A stretch of DNA of 53,790 nucleotides from Candidatus Omnitrophota bacterium (GTDB lineage: Bacteria > Omnitrophota > Gorgyraeia > Gygaellales > Profunditerraquicolaceae), in NCBI GenBank assembly GCA_043812095.1, contig JBDRMO010000030.1, positions 1-53,790 on the forward strand, given 5' to 3'. The position numbers and the translations under genes were made by a program. Below the pieces are notes generated by a model. The model made no database searches. It was not told the origin of the DNA and was given only the letters and a program-made list of their open reading frames with translations. Of this stretch, positions 20,037 through 29,824 are shown in pieces. The number at the start of each line of letters is the position of its first letter. The stretch's first letter is position 1.

Positions 20037-22352
20037 ATGTATACTAGAAATGAAAAGATAATTCCGGTTTATATCGAAGAGGAAGTAAAAGATTCTTATT
20101 TGAATTACGCGATGAGCGTAATCGTCGGTCGCGCGCTTCCCGATGTACGTGACGGCCTCAAGCCAGTGCATAGGCGCATACTCTTTGCGATGCAGGAGCT
20201 GAGCCTGAACCATAGCAAGCCTTATAAAAAATGCGCACGTATTACAGGTGAGGTTCTGGGTAAATACCATCCGCACGGAGATACTGCGGTTTACGATACT
20301 CTGGTGAGGATGGCGCAGAGTTTTTCTCTACGCTATCCATTAGTTGAGGGGCAGGGCAACTTCGGATCAGTCGACGGAGATGCGCCTGCCGCGATGCGCT
20401 ACACCGAGGCGCGTTTAGCCGCAATCTCTGATGAGATGTTGGCGGATATTGAAAAGAATACCGTGCGCTTCGGGCCTAATTTTGACTCATCCTTAGAGGA
20501 ACCACTTTTATTGCCGGCTGCCCTGCCCAATCTCTTAGTAAACGGCTCAAGCGGCATAGCTGTGGGAATGGCGACTAATATTCCGCCGCATAATTTAAGA
20601 GAAGTGGCAGATGGGATTGTCTATCTTCTGGATCATCCGCAAGCAGAGATCAAAGACCTGATGAGACATATAACAGGACCGGACTTTCCGACCGGCGGGA
20701 TTATCTGCGGCAAGGGAGGGATCAAAGATGCATATACAACCGGTAGAGGCAAGCTGGAGGTGCGTGCCAGGGCGACTGTGGAGCGTCAAAAAGGCGGTAA
20801 GGACTTAATAATTATTACTGAGATCCCTTATCAGGTGCAGAAAGCAGGGTTGATTGAAACCATGGCCGGGCTGGTAGAGGATAAAAAGATAGAGGGTATC
20901 TCTGATATCCGTGATGAATCCGATAAAGACGGCATGCGTATTGTAGTTGAGCTGAAGCGGGACGTCGAGGCTCAGATTATCCTGAATCAGCTCTTTAAGC
21001 ACACCAGCTTAAAGACTACCTTTGGCGTGATTATGTTGGCTTTAGTAGATAATCGTCCTCGGGTGTTGAATTTACGCCAGGTGCTTGAGTGTTATATTGA
21101 GCATCGTAAGGTGATCATTCGTCGGCGTACCCAGTTTGAATTAGAGAAGGCAGAGAAGCGTGCGCATATTTTAGAGGGATTAAAAATTGCCCTCAAATAT
21201 ATAGACCGGATAGTCAAAACCATCAAGACCTCTAAGTCCACGGAGATTGCCCGCGAACGCCTGGTAAAACAATTCAAGCTTTCCGAGATTCAGGCTCAGG
21301 CAATTTTAGAGATGCAGCTTCAGCGCTTGACTGCGCTTGAGAGAGATAAGATTGATGCCGAATATGCAGAGTTACTCAAAAAAATCGAGCTCTGTAAGAG
21401 TATTCTTGCATCTGAGAAAAAAATCGAAGGCATTATTAAAGAAGAGCTGGAGACTTTAAAGAAAAAATACGGTGACGAGCGCAGGACTGACCTCGTAGGG
21501 GATGTGGAAGAACTGGAGATAGAGGATTTGATTGCCGAAGAGGATGTGGTGGTTACCATAAGCCATGGCGGGTATATTAAACGCCTGCCGGTAAGTGCTT
21601 ACCGTAAGCAAAAGCGCGGTGGCACAGGGTCGACGGGTGCGGGAGTCAAGGAGGAGGATTTTGTCGAACACCTCTTTATCGCTTCGACAAAAGATTATCT
21701 ACTAATTTTTACCAATCAAGGTCAGGTGCATTGGTTAAAAGTGTACGAGATCCCGCAGGCCGGACGCGTTTCTAAAGGGAAGGCAATAGTCAACCTGATA
21801 CAATTGGCATCCGGGGCTAACGTTAGCTCGACTATTCCGGTCAAGGAATTTTCCGCAGATAAATTGTTAGTTATGGTTACCAGGCAGGGGATGGTGAAGA
21901 AGACCCGGCTGGATGCCTATAGTAATCCGCGCAAAGGCGGGATTATCGGGATTACCTTAGACAAGGGCGATGAGCTGATTGGAGTGAATCTATCCGATGG
22001 AAAGCAGGAATTACTCATCGGTACTCGAGAAGGTAAATCTATAAGGTTCCTGGAGACCAAGGTCAGGGATATGGGGAGAACCGCACGCGGCGTACGAGGT
22101 ATTGCTTTAGCCAAGACGGATCGTGTAATCGGTATGGTTTTGGCTGAAAAAGATTCCGCAGTCTTGACAGTGACAGAATTAGGTTTTGCCAAGCGCACGC
22201 CGGTTAAGGAGTATCGTCTCACCAGCCGCGGAGGCAAGGGAGTGATTAACATCAAGGTGACTGATAAGAACGGTGAGGCAATAAGCTTGAAGATGGTAAA
22301 TGATCAAGACGAATTAATGGTGATCACTCAGCACGGCATGTTCCTACGCTGA
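20037..22352 (+). CDS. gyrA: DNA gyrase subunit A, ORF as it stands up to an in-frame TGA
   Basis: 771 aa with [45 protein letters not shown] (catalytic Tyr) and C-terminal pinwheel blades. Confidence 0.95.
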   Translation: MYTRNEKIIPVYIEEEVKDSYLNYAMSVIVGRALPDVRDGLKPVHRRILFAMQELSLNHSKPYKKCARITGEVLGKYHPHGDTAVYDTLVRMAQSFSLRYPLVEGQGNFGSVDGDAPAAMRYTEARLAAISDEMLADIEKNTVRFGPNFDSSLEEPLLLPAALPNLLVNGSSGIAVGMATNIPPHNLREVADGIVYLLDHPQAEIKDLMRHITGPDFPTGGIICGKGGIKDAYTTGRGKLEVRARATVERQKGGKDLIIITEIPYQVQKAGLIETMAGLVEDKKIEGISDIRDESDKDGMRIVVELKRDVEAQIILNQLFKHTSLKTTFGVIMLALVDNRPRVLNLRQVLECYIEHRKVIIRRRTQFELEKAEKRAHILEGLKIALKYIDRIVKTIKTSKSTEIARERLVKQFKLSEIQAQAILEMQLQRLTALERDKIDAEYAELLKKIELCKSILASEKKIEGIIKEELETLKKKYGDERRTDLVGDVEELEIEDLIAEEDVVVTISHGGYIKRLPVSAYRKQKRGGTGSTGAGVKEEDFVEHLFIASTKDYLLIFTNQGQVHWLKVYEIPQAGRVSKGKAIVNLIQLASGANVSSTIPVKEFSADKLLVMVTRQGMVKKTRLDAYSNPRKGGIIGITLDKGDELIGVNLSDGKQELLIGTREGKSIRFLETKVRDMGRTARGVRGIALAKTDRVIGMVLAEKDSAVLTVTELGFAKRTPVKEYRLTSRGGKGVINIKVTDKNGEAISLKMVNDQDELMVITQHGMFLR

Positions 22353-22466
22353 GCGATAAAAGATATCCGCACCACTGGACGTTCGGTCCAGGGTGTGAGG
22401 TTGATAAAGCTAGCTGCTAAAGATAAGGTTTCTTCAGTTGCCCACGTCGTTCAAGAAGAAGATTAG
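22353..22466 (+). other. gyrA: in-frame continuation of gyrA (last pinwheel blade) beyond the TGA
   Basis: The same frame reads AIKDIRTTGRSVQGVRLIKLAAKDKVSSVAHVVQEED then TAG 22464-22466. Confidence 0.8.
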
Positions 22467-22470
22467 AATA

Positions 22471-22544
22471 GTCCCCATCGTCTAGCCTGGTTAGGACAAG
22501 AGCTTTTCAAGCTCTCGACACCGGTTCAAATCCGGTTGGGGACA
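22471..22544 (+). tRNA. tRNA-Glu (UUC)
   Basis: Acceptor GTCCCCA/TGGGGAC, anticodon stem AGAGC/GCTCT with loop TTTTCAA, T arm ACCGG-TTCAAAT-CCGGT. Followed by TTTTT; no CCA encoded. Confidence 0.88.
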
Positions 22545-22567
22545 TTTTTATTAACCCGCCTACTATC

Positions 22568-24055
22568 ATGCAAGCAAAAGTTTTTCAAGCCGCAACAATC
22601 CTATTATGCGTTATTCTGATTGTGGCAGCGCAGTTTGCTATTCCCACGATTTTCGGAGCCGACGGTTATCTACACATCAGAATGGCCCAACTCATGCGGG
22701 ACGATGGGGTAATCCGGGATTTTGATTGGGCGCGCTATTCTACATTTGCCGAACATTTTTCCGATAAGGATTTTCTCTATCATCTCATACTGATACCTTT
22801 TACGTTTTTTGCTGATATATTTTTCGGGGCCAAAGTTGCCGCAGCCCTCTTTGCGCTAGTTTTATTTTTGGCCTTTGCTTATATGCTCCGGCGTTACTGT
22901 TCGGTGCAGGCGCTCGTCCCATTTTTCCTTGTAATGTTTCTTTGCTCATCCCATTTTTTACAGGCGATCAACCGCCCGCGGAACATGGTTTTTATTATCG
23001 CCCTCAGTTTACTTTTTGTACACTTTTTGATTCAAAAAAAACAACTGTTTTTATGTTTGATCGCGGTGGTTTATACCTTAAGTCATGTCTCCGGGCCGTT
23101 CCTCTTTGTTATTGCTTTAGCGGCGGAGACTGTGCGATTTATTTATAACCGCCAATTTTTCTGGAAATCTCTTAGGGCAGTGGCGTTTGGTATATTATTG
23201 GGGCTTTTGATCCATCCAAACTTCCCAAACAATATATTGGTATTTTATTTAAACGGCATACTAGTGCCGCTTTATTCCTTTAAATGGGGGCTGGAGCTAG
23301 GCGCTGAATTTTTCCCTGCCGATACCAGGAGCTTGGTTTTAGGTTACCCTGCTGTCTGGGTTAGTTTATTTTTATTCATAGCTTTAGGAATGAGCAAGGG
23401 CAACAAGATGGGGATTGCGACTCGCATATGGATGTGTGTGGCCGGGCTCTTTTTTGCTCTATCGCTCTTCTCTCAGCGTTACATCATTCACAGCTACCCG
23501 ATGATATTAGTGGCCGGGGCCTCTTATATCTCTGATTGGTGGGCAAGCGGAGTGCGCTTAGGGGCTGTCAGGCAGAATAGAAATCTGAGGAATATTATGC
23601 TGGGGGTTGCTGCGGGACTAGTGTTATTTACCGGTTTTTATGTTTACAGGGATTTTCGCAGCGACGCCTTCCGAATCAAGGAGTACAATCAGCACTATGA
23701 ACGCGCAGCAGGATGGATATCCAAATATGTTCCTAAGGGGGAGATCGTGTTTCATGCCAATTGGTCAGACTCGCAGTATTTTATCGGGCTGGCACCTGAA
23801 TATATTTATTTTGTTACGCTCGACCCGATCTATATGTATTATTGGAACCCCAGAAAATATAATCTTTACCGGGACATAGCCTTTGGCAGGGCCAAAGACC
23901 CTTACGTTTTACTAAAAGACGAGTTCGCTAGCTGGTACGGTTATGTAGGTAAAAACTATTTTTCCGGGCTGATCCAGCAGATCAGGGCTGATCAGCGTTT
24001 TAAGATCCTGGCAGAGGATAGGTTGGGACTGTTGTTCCGTTTAATGCCGGGTTGA
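22568..24055 (+). CDS. polytopic membrane protein, possibly a GT-C-type glycosyltransferase
   Basis: 495 aa with about 10-12 hydrophobic helices and a soluble C-terminal region. Assignment rests on overall architecture only. Confidence 0.3.
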   Translation: MQAKVFQAATILLCVILIVAAQFAIPTIFGADGYLHIRMAQLMRDDGVIRDFDWARYSTFAEHFSDKDFLYHLILIPFTFFADIFFGAKVAAALFALVLFLAFAYMLRRYCSVQALVPFFLVMFLCSSHFLQAINRPRNMVFIIALSLLFVHFLIQKKQLFLCLIAVVYTLSHVSGPFLFVIALAAETVRFIYNRQFFWKSLRAVAFGILLGLLIHPNFPNNILVFYLNGILVPLYSFKWGLELGAEFFPADTRSLVLGYPAVWVSLFLFIALGMSKGNKMGIATRIWMCVAGLFFALSLFSQRYIIHSYPMILVAGASYISDWWASGVRLGAVRQNRNLRNIMLGVAAGLVLFTGFYVYRDFRSDAFRIKEYNQHYERAAGWISKYVPKGEIVFHANWSDSQYFIGLAPEYIYFVTLDPIYMYYWNPRKYNLYRDIAFGRAKDPYVLLKDEFASWYGYVGKNYFSGLIQQIRADQRFKILAEDRLGLLFRLMPG

Positions 24056-24089
24056 CAGCAAGGGGAATTTATACTATGATTTATATGCT

Positions 24090-25928
24090 ATGTGCGGGAT
24101 AATCGGATATATCGGAGAGAAGGAGGCGCAGCCCATATTACTCAATGGGTTGAAACGCCTGGAGTATCGCGGCTATGATTCAAGCGGTATGGCCCTGATG
24201 CTTTCCGATAAGCATAAGATTTCATTGAGAAAGGCCGCAGGGAAAATCAGTGCCCTCGAACACCTGCTGCACAAAAAGCCCCTTGCCGGCATGTTAGGTA
24301 TAGCCCATACCAGATGGGCAACGCACGGCGCCCCTAATCAGACCAACGCCCATCCTCATGCAGATTGCAGCGAAGAGCTTGCTTTAGTACATAACGGTAT
24401 TATTGAAAATTATGAATCTTTAAAGGAAGGCCTGATTAAAGAGAAGCATAGGTTTCATAGTCAGACGGATACAGAGGTAATCGTGCATCTGATTGAAAAA
24501 TTCTATAATAATGTTTTGCTCGAGGATGCGGTGCGTAAAGCCCTGAAGTTGCTGAGGGGTTCTTTTGCGATTGCCGTTGTTTCTACGAGGGAGCCGGATA
24601 AATTAATCGGTGCGCGCCTCGGGAGCCCTTTAATTGTCGGCCTGGGTAAAAATGAAAATTTTCTCGCCTCCGATGCTCCGGCAGTTCTGGAATACACCAA
24701 AGAGATCGTGTTTCTGGGAGAGGGCGAGATGGCGATTCTGACCAAGGACAGCTATAAAATCACCGACTTAAGCGGTAAGGAGCTTACTAAGCAGCCTACC
24801 CGGATCAGCTGGGATATTGAGCAGGCCCAGAAGCAGGGGTATAAGCATTTTATGCTCAAGGAGATTAACGAGCAGCCCGGGATCACCGAGAAACTGCTTA
24901 ATCTTTTTGTCGATAAAAAGACTAACAAAATTACCTTTCAAGAGCAGAATATCCCTGAGGAGAAGTTGAGAAGTATTAAGAATATTGCTATTGTGGCTTG
25001 CGGCACGGCTTATCATGCCGGGCTGGTAGGGAAATATATTTTAGAATCCGTATGCGCTGTGCCCACGATGGTGGATGTTTCTAGTGAATTCCGGTATAGG
25101 GATTTATTGCTTGACCAGGATACTTTAGTTGTTGCGGTGAGCCAGTCAGGTGAGACTGCGGATACTTTAGCCGGCGTAAGGGAGGCAAAGAAGCGTCAGG
25201 CAAAGGTACTTTCTATCTGTAATGTTTTAGGTTCGACCTTGACTCGCGAGTCCGATGGTGTAATTTACACCCATGCCGGACCTGAGATCGGCGTTGCTTC
25301 GACTAAAGCATATACCGCGCAGTTGATTGATTTCTACCTGTTGGCATTTTATTTAGCCAAGATACGAGGCGTCCTTGCGCAGCCCAAGATTGATAAATAT
25401 TTGTCCGGGCTGGGAAAGATTGCTAAAGTGCAGGAGGAGGTTTTAAAGGATCAGGAGGATATTGCTAAGCTTGCCCGGAGACATTCGCACTTTGGCTCAT
25501 TCCTTTTCTTGGGCAGAAATATTAATTATCCCTCTGCTCTCGAGGGCGCATTAAAACTAAAAGAGATTTCTTATATACCGGCTGAGGGTTATGCAGCGGG
25601 GGAGATGAAGCATGGGCCGATTGCTTTAATCGATGAATATCGCGCAGTAGTCTGCATTACTCCGGAATCTAAGGTTTATGATAAGATGATCTCTAATATC
25701 CAGGAGATACACAGCAGGCGCGCTAATATTATTGCGATTGCAACAGAGGGGGATAGCACAATCAAAGAACTTACCCGGGAAGTAATCTATGTTCCTAGAA
25801 TCGATGAATTTTTTTCGCCCTTAGTCGTTGCTTTGCCCCTGCAGTTGTTAGCATATCATATTGCCCTTAAGCGAGGTTGTGATGTGGACCAGCCGCGTAA
25901 TCTTGCAAAGTCCGTCACTGTAGAGTAA
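24090..25928 (+). CDS. glmS: glutamine--fructose-6-phosphate aminotransferase
   Basis: 612 aa, MCGIIGYIG N-terminal nucleophile, two SIS domains, C-terminal LAKSVTVE. Confidence 0.97.
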   Translation: MCGIIGYIGEKEAQPILLNGLKRLEYRGYDSSGMALMLSDKHKISLRKAAGKISALEHLLHKKPLAGMLGIAHTRWATHGAPNQTNAHPHADCSEELALVHNGIIENYESLKEGLIKEKHRFHSQTDTEVIVHLIEKFYNNVLLEDAVRKALKLLRGSFAIAVVSTREPDKLIGARLGSPLIVGLGKNENFLASDAPAVLEYTKEIVFLGEGEMAILTKDSYKITDLSGKELTKQPTRISWDIEQAQKQGYKHFMLKEINEQPGITEKLLNLFVDKKTNKITFQEQNIPEEKLRSIKNIAIVACGTAYHAGLVGKYILESVCAVPTMVDVSSEFRYRDLLLDQDTLVVAVSQSGETADTLAGVREAKKRQAKVLSICNVLGSTLTRESDGVIYTHAGPEIGVASTKAYTAQLIDFYLLAFYLAKIRGVLAQPKIDKYLSGLGKIAKVQEEVLKDQEDIAKLARRHSHFGSFLFLGRNINYPSALEGALKLKEISYIPAEGYAAGEMKHGPIALIDEYRAVVCITPESKVYDKMISNIQEIHSRRANIIAIATEGDSTIKELTREVIYVPRIDEFFSPLVVALPLQLLAYHIALKRGCDVDQPRNLAKSVTVE

Positions 25929-26076
25929 AATAACAAATGACAAAGCACAAAATTCCTGTCTGCCGACAGGCAGGCAAAATAAATTAAAATGCCAAAATCT
26001 CAATCACAAAACATCTGTTTTGGTATTTAAATTTTAGATTTATTTTGTTATTTGAATTTTGTCATTTGACATTAAT

Positions 26077-26730
26077 ATGTTATATATAGTTGCTACGCCC
26101 ATAGGTAATCTTAAAGATATCACCTTGCGCGCTTTGGAAGTTTTAAAAAGCGTGAATTTGATCGCCTGCGAAGATACCCGTCGTACTAAGATTTTGCTCC
26201 AACACTATAATATCGCAACCCCCACCACAAGCTATTTTCAACACAATCGTTTTACAAAGGGAAGGTATCTGCTTGAGGTGTTGAAAGAGGGAAGATCGAT
26301 AGCTTTAGTTTCAGACGCAGGGACGCCTGGTATACTCGACCCGGGCTACCATATCATCAACCTGGCGATTAAGAATCAGATCGCAATTACTGCTGTTCCC
26401 GGACCGAGTGCGTTAATCGACGCCTTAGTACTCTCCGGAAAGCCGGCACATGAAGTTATTTTCGCCGGATTTCTGCCGAATCGGACCGTAGCCAGAAAGA
26501 ATAAGTTACGCAAACTCGCAGAAGCCAGGCTCACACTTATTTTTTTCGAATCCTGCCACAGGATCCTGGCTACTCTGGCAGACGTACAGGAAGTCTTTGG
26601 GGATAAAGAAGTTGTGGTGGCCAGAGAACTTACGAAAAAGTTCGAAGAGATAAAGCGGGGGAGCGCGGAAGAGATTTTAAGGGACCTGCAGAGCAAAAAA
26701 GTACTGGGTGAATTTGTGGTAGTGGTCTAA
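26077..26730 (+). CDS. rsmI: 16S rRNA (cytidine1402-2'-O)-methyltransferase
   Basis: MLYIVATPIGNLKDITLRALEVL..CEDTR..SDAGTPGILDPG. ATG 26077 is preferred over the TTG at 26059. Confidence 0.88.
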   Translation: MLYIVATPIGNLKDITLRALEVLKSVNLIACEDTRRTKILLQHYNIATPTTSYFQHNRFTKGRYLLEVLKEGRSIALVSDAGTPGILDPGYHIINLAIKNQIAITAVPGPSALIDALVLSGKPAHEVIFAGFLPNRTVARKNKLRKLAEARLTLIFFESCHRILATLADVQEVFGDKEVVVARELTKKFEEIKRGSAEEILRDLQSKKVLGEFVVVV

Positions 26731-26784
26731 ATCTCCCCTTGACAACAAGCGGTTAAAATGGTATATTTATTCAAATATTTGGAA

Positions 26785-26815
26785 CCTTTAACCTGGCTCT
26801 GAGAAGCCAGGAAGG
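26785..26815 (+). promoter_or_regulatory. candidate PyrR-binding (anti-antiterminator) hairpin
   Basis: CCTT-taa-CCTGGCT-ctgaga-AGCCAGG-AAGG. It has an outer 4-bp stem, a 5' bulge, an inner 7-bp stem and a purine-rich hexaloop, like Bacillus pyr binding loops. Located upstream of pyrR. Confidence 0.5.
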
Positions 26816-26855
26816 TGAGAAAAATGAAATACAAAACAGATAAAAACACAATTAG

Positions 26856-26887
26856 CCCAACCCCAAACTTAAGGAGTTGGGTTTTTT
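26856..26887 (+). terminator. intrinsic terminator of the pyr leader (attenuator)
   Basis: CCCAACCCC / GGAGTTGGG stem with one mismatch, 8-nt loop, followed by TTTTTT (26882-26887). Confidence 0.7.
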
Positions 26888-26896
26888 ATTGAGCGC

Positions 26897-26937
26897 ATAA
26901 CTTACGCAGCACAAAGTGCGCAGTAAGTTATCTGCGC
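26897..26937 (+). repeat. AACTTAC-family hairpin, copy in the pyrR leader
   Basis: ATAACTTAC (26897-26905) pairs with GTAAGTTAT (26923-26931). An alternative pairing is GCGCAG (26918-26923) with CTGCGC (26932-26937). Confidence 0.55.
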
Positions 26938-27029
26938 GAAATAATCCTGAGCTATCAGCTATAGCTATGAGTAGTGAGGGATGAATTGGAGCCAAGGAGC
27001 ATCCCTGGCAACCGATACCTAATTGATAG

Positions 27030-27574
<545 letters not shown>

Positions 27575-27575
<1 letters not shown>

Positions 27576-28531
27576 TGAATATGGATAGGTTGTGGACGAA
27601 GAAAGATTTATTGGGGCTGGAAGACTTAAGCAAAGAAGAGATTGAGCTTATTTTAAATACCGCGGATTCATTTAAAGAGGTCTCGAGCCGGGAGATTAAA
27701 AAAGTTCCTGCCTTACGCGGCAAGACCGTGGTGAATATGTTTTATGAACCGTCAACACGGACCAGAGTTTCCTTTGAGATCGCAGCCAAGAGGTTGTCCG
27801 CAGACGTGATTAATATTACCTCTGAAACCTCAAGTGTTAGGAAAGGGGAGACGCTAATTGATACCGGCAGGAATATCGAAGCACTGAAAGTCGATATTAT
27901 CGTGATGCGGCATAATTATTCCGGAGCAGCTACAACCTTAGCCAGCCATCTTCGGGCAAGCGTAGTGAATGCCGGGGATGGATGGCATGAGCATCCTACG
28001 CAGGCACTTTTGGATATTTTTACACTGAAAGAGAAGCTGGGAAAAATTAAAGGATTAAACGTAAGCATCATCGGCGATATCGCTCACTCCCGGGTGGCGC
28101 GCTCTAATATCTGGGGTTTGACTAAGCTAGGCGCAAAGGTAATGGTCTGCGCTCCTAAGCTACTTATCCCCGTCGGCATTGAAGAGATGGGAGCGGAAGT
28201 GACCGATGATATAGATAAAGCACTACATAATGCAGATGCGATTAATGTTTTAAGGATGCAGTTTGAGCGCGATGAGAAAGCGGCTTTCCCGACGCAGTTA
28301 GAATATTTTAAGGCTTTTGGTATTACCGGGGAGAGGCTGGAAAAAGCGAAGAAGGATATAGTGGTAATGCATCCCGGGCCGATTAACCGCGGAGTTGAGA
28401 TGTCTAGCGAAGTCGCTGATGGAGCGAACTCTGTGATTTTGGAGCAGGTGACAAACGGCATTGCGGTAAGGATGGCGGTATTATTTCTGGTTGCCCAGGC
28501 CAATGAAAGCATAAGCAAGGACGTAAACTGA
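27575..28531 (+). CDS. pyrB: aspartate carbamoyltransferase catalytic subunit
   Basis: FYEPSTRTRVSFE, HEHPTQALLD and HPGPINRG. TAATG overlap with pyrR. Confidence 0.95.
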
Positions 28532-29820
28532 TGACTTATCTGAAACTGTTGATTAAGAACGGACGCCTAGTGGATCCGTCGAACAATATTGACGAGGTGT
28601 GTGATCTTTTGCTGGAGAACGGCAAAGTATCCAAAGTAGCGCAGCAGATCGATACAAACTCAACCCAAGTTATAGACGCCAAGGATAAAATAGTAATGCC
28701 CGGCATCGTAGATATGCATGTACATTTAAGAGAGCCGGGGAGGGAAGATAAAGAGACAGTCTCAACCGGTACGCTGGCAGCTCTCAAGGGCGGGGTCACT
28801 AGCGTCCTGGCTATGCCTAATACTATGCCAGCGATAGATTCTCCGGAGAATCTTCAGTTGCTCAAAGGGATTATTAAGAAGACAGCTCATGCCAATGTGT
28901 TTATCGCAGGTGCGATTACGCAGGGAAGGAGCGGTAAAGAATTGGTAGATATCAGCGGATTAAAGAAGGAGGGCGCGGTAGCTATTTCGGATGATGGTGC
29001 TTCCGTAGATTCTGATCAGGTAATGTTTGAGGCGCTGAAGATCGCCAAGAAAGAAAAAATTCTCGTGATTTGCCACAGTGAGGATAAGGCGCTTTCAGAC
29101 CGTGGAGCAGTCAATTTAGGGATTACCTCAACGCGTATGGGCTTACGGGGCATTTCTAAGGAATCCGAATATAAAAGAATAGCCAGAGATATTAAGCTTG
29201 CCAAGGAATCTAATGCTGCGGTGCACATTGCACATGTCAGCTGCCGTGAGTCGTTAGCAATTATTGCTCAGGCTAAGAAGAGCGGGGTTAAGGTAACTGC
29301 TGATACTGCTCCGCACTATTTTGCTTTGAGCGAAGAAGCGGTTTGGTCTTTTAACCCTAACCAAAAGATGAATCCGCCCTTAAGGGGTAAGGATGATTTA
29401 GAGGCTATCAGAGAAGGGCTGAAGAATGGCACGATAGATGCAATCGCCTCAGACCATGCCCCGCATACGGAGAATGAAAAAGATATAGAATTCGAGCGTG
29501 CAGAATTCGGGACAATCGGCTTAGAGACGGCATTAGCGGTCAGCATCACAAAACTTGTGCACTCGGGATTGTTGACCTGGAAGGAGCTAGTAGCTAAATT
29601 AACTCTGCATCCGGCTAATATTCTGGGGATAGAGAAAGGTAGGTTAGCAATAGGCTGCGATGCGGATCTGATCGTTGTCGATCCGGATAAGCAATGGATC
29701 GTAGAAAAGCAGGAGTTTCTTTCTAAGTCTAAAAATTCTGCATTCATCAAAGAGGTTTTAAAAGGAGTGGTGGAGTATACAATTTGCAAAGGTAAAATCG
29801 TTTATCAAAGGAGAGCGTAG
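28531..29820 (+). CDS. pyrC: dihydroorotase
   Basis: 429 aa with DMHVHLREPG, HIAHVS and SDHAPH. Confidence 0.93.
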   Translation: MTYLKLLIKNGRLVDPSNNIDEVCDLLLENGKVSKVAQQIDTNSTQVIDAKDKIVMPGIVDMHVHLREPGREDKETVSTGTLAALKGGVTSVLAMPNTMPAIDSPENLQLLKGIIKKTAHANVFIAGAITQGRSGKELVDISGLKKEGAVAISDDGASVDSDQVMFEALKIAKKEKILVICHSEDKALSDRGAVNLGITSTRMGLRGISKESEYKRIARDIKLAKESNAAVHIAHVSCRESLAIIAQAKKSGVKVTADTAPHYFALSEEAVWSFNPNQKMNPPLRGKDDLEAIREGLKNGTIDAIASDHAPHTENEKDIEFERAEFGTIGLETALAVSITKLVHSGLLTWKELVAKLTLHPANILGIEKGRLAIGCDADLIVVDPDKQWIVEKQEFLSKSKNSAFIKEVLKGVVEYTICKGKIVYQRRA

Positions 29821-29824
29821 CGCG

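Noticed and set aside
22350-22352. Genome-wide UGA reassignment (code 4 or 25) as the explanation for the gyrA TGA
   Set aside because: TGA ends many genes here at the expected lengths, often in ATGA overlaps with the next start (trkA, the small ORF, pyrD, the TSUP protein, dnaA, pyrB). No other conserved gene shows an internal TGA.
22368-22397. Stem-loop after the gyrA TGA as a bacterial SECIS (selenocysteine)
   Set aside because: The hairpin is real, but it encodes conserved blade residues (TTGRSVQGV). No Sec machinery is visible in the window, and Sec in GyrA has no precedent. I kept it only as a note under the gyrA finding.
24056-24089. glmS ribozyme upstream of glmS
   Set aside because: Only 34 nt separate the preceding gene from the glmS ATG, which is far too short for the ribozyme.
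25929-26076. Inverted AT-rich words (AATAACAAA/TTTGTTATT, AAATGACAAA/TTTGTCATTT) around the glmS/rsmI spacer as a large hairpin or MITE
   Set aside because: The word order is A-B...A'-B', which is not nested, and the composition is low-complexity A/T. Only the short CCTGTC-TGCC-GACAGG hairpin (25955-25970) is convincing, and it lacks a U tract.
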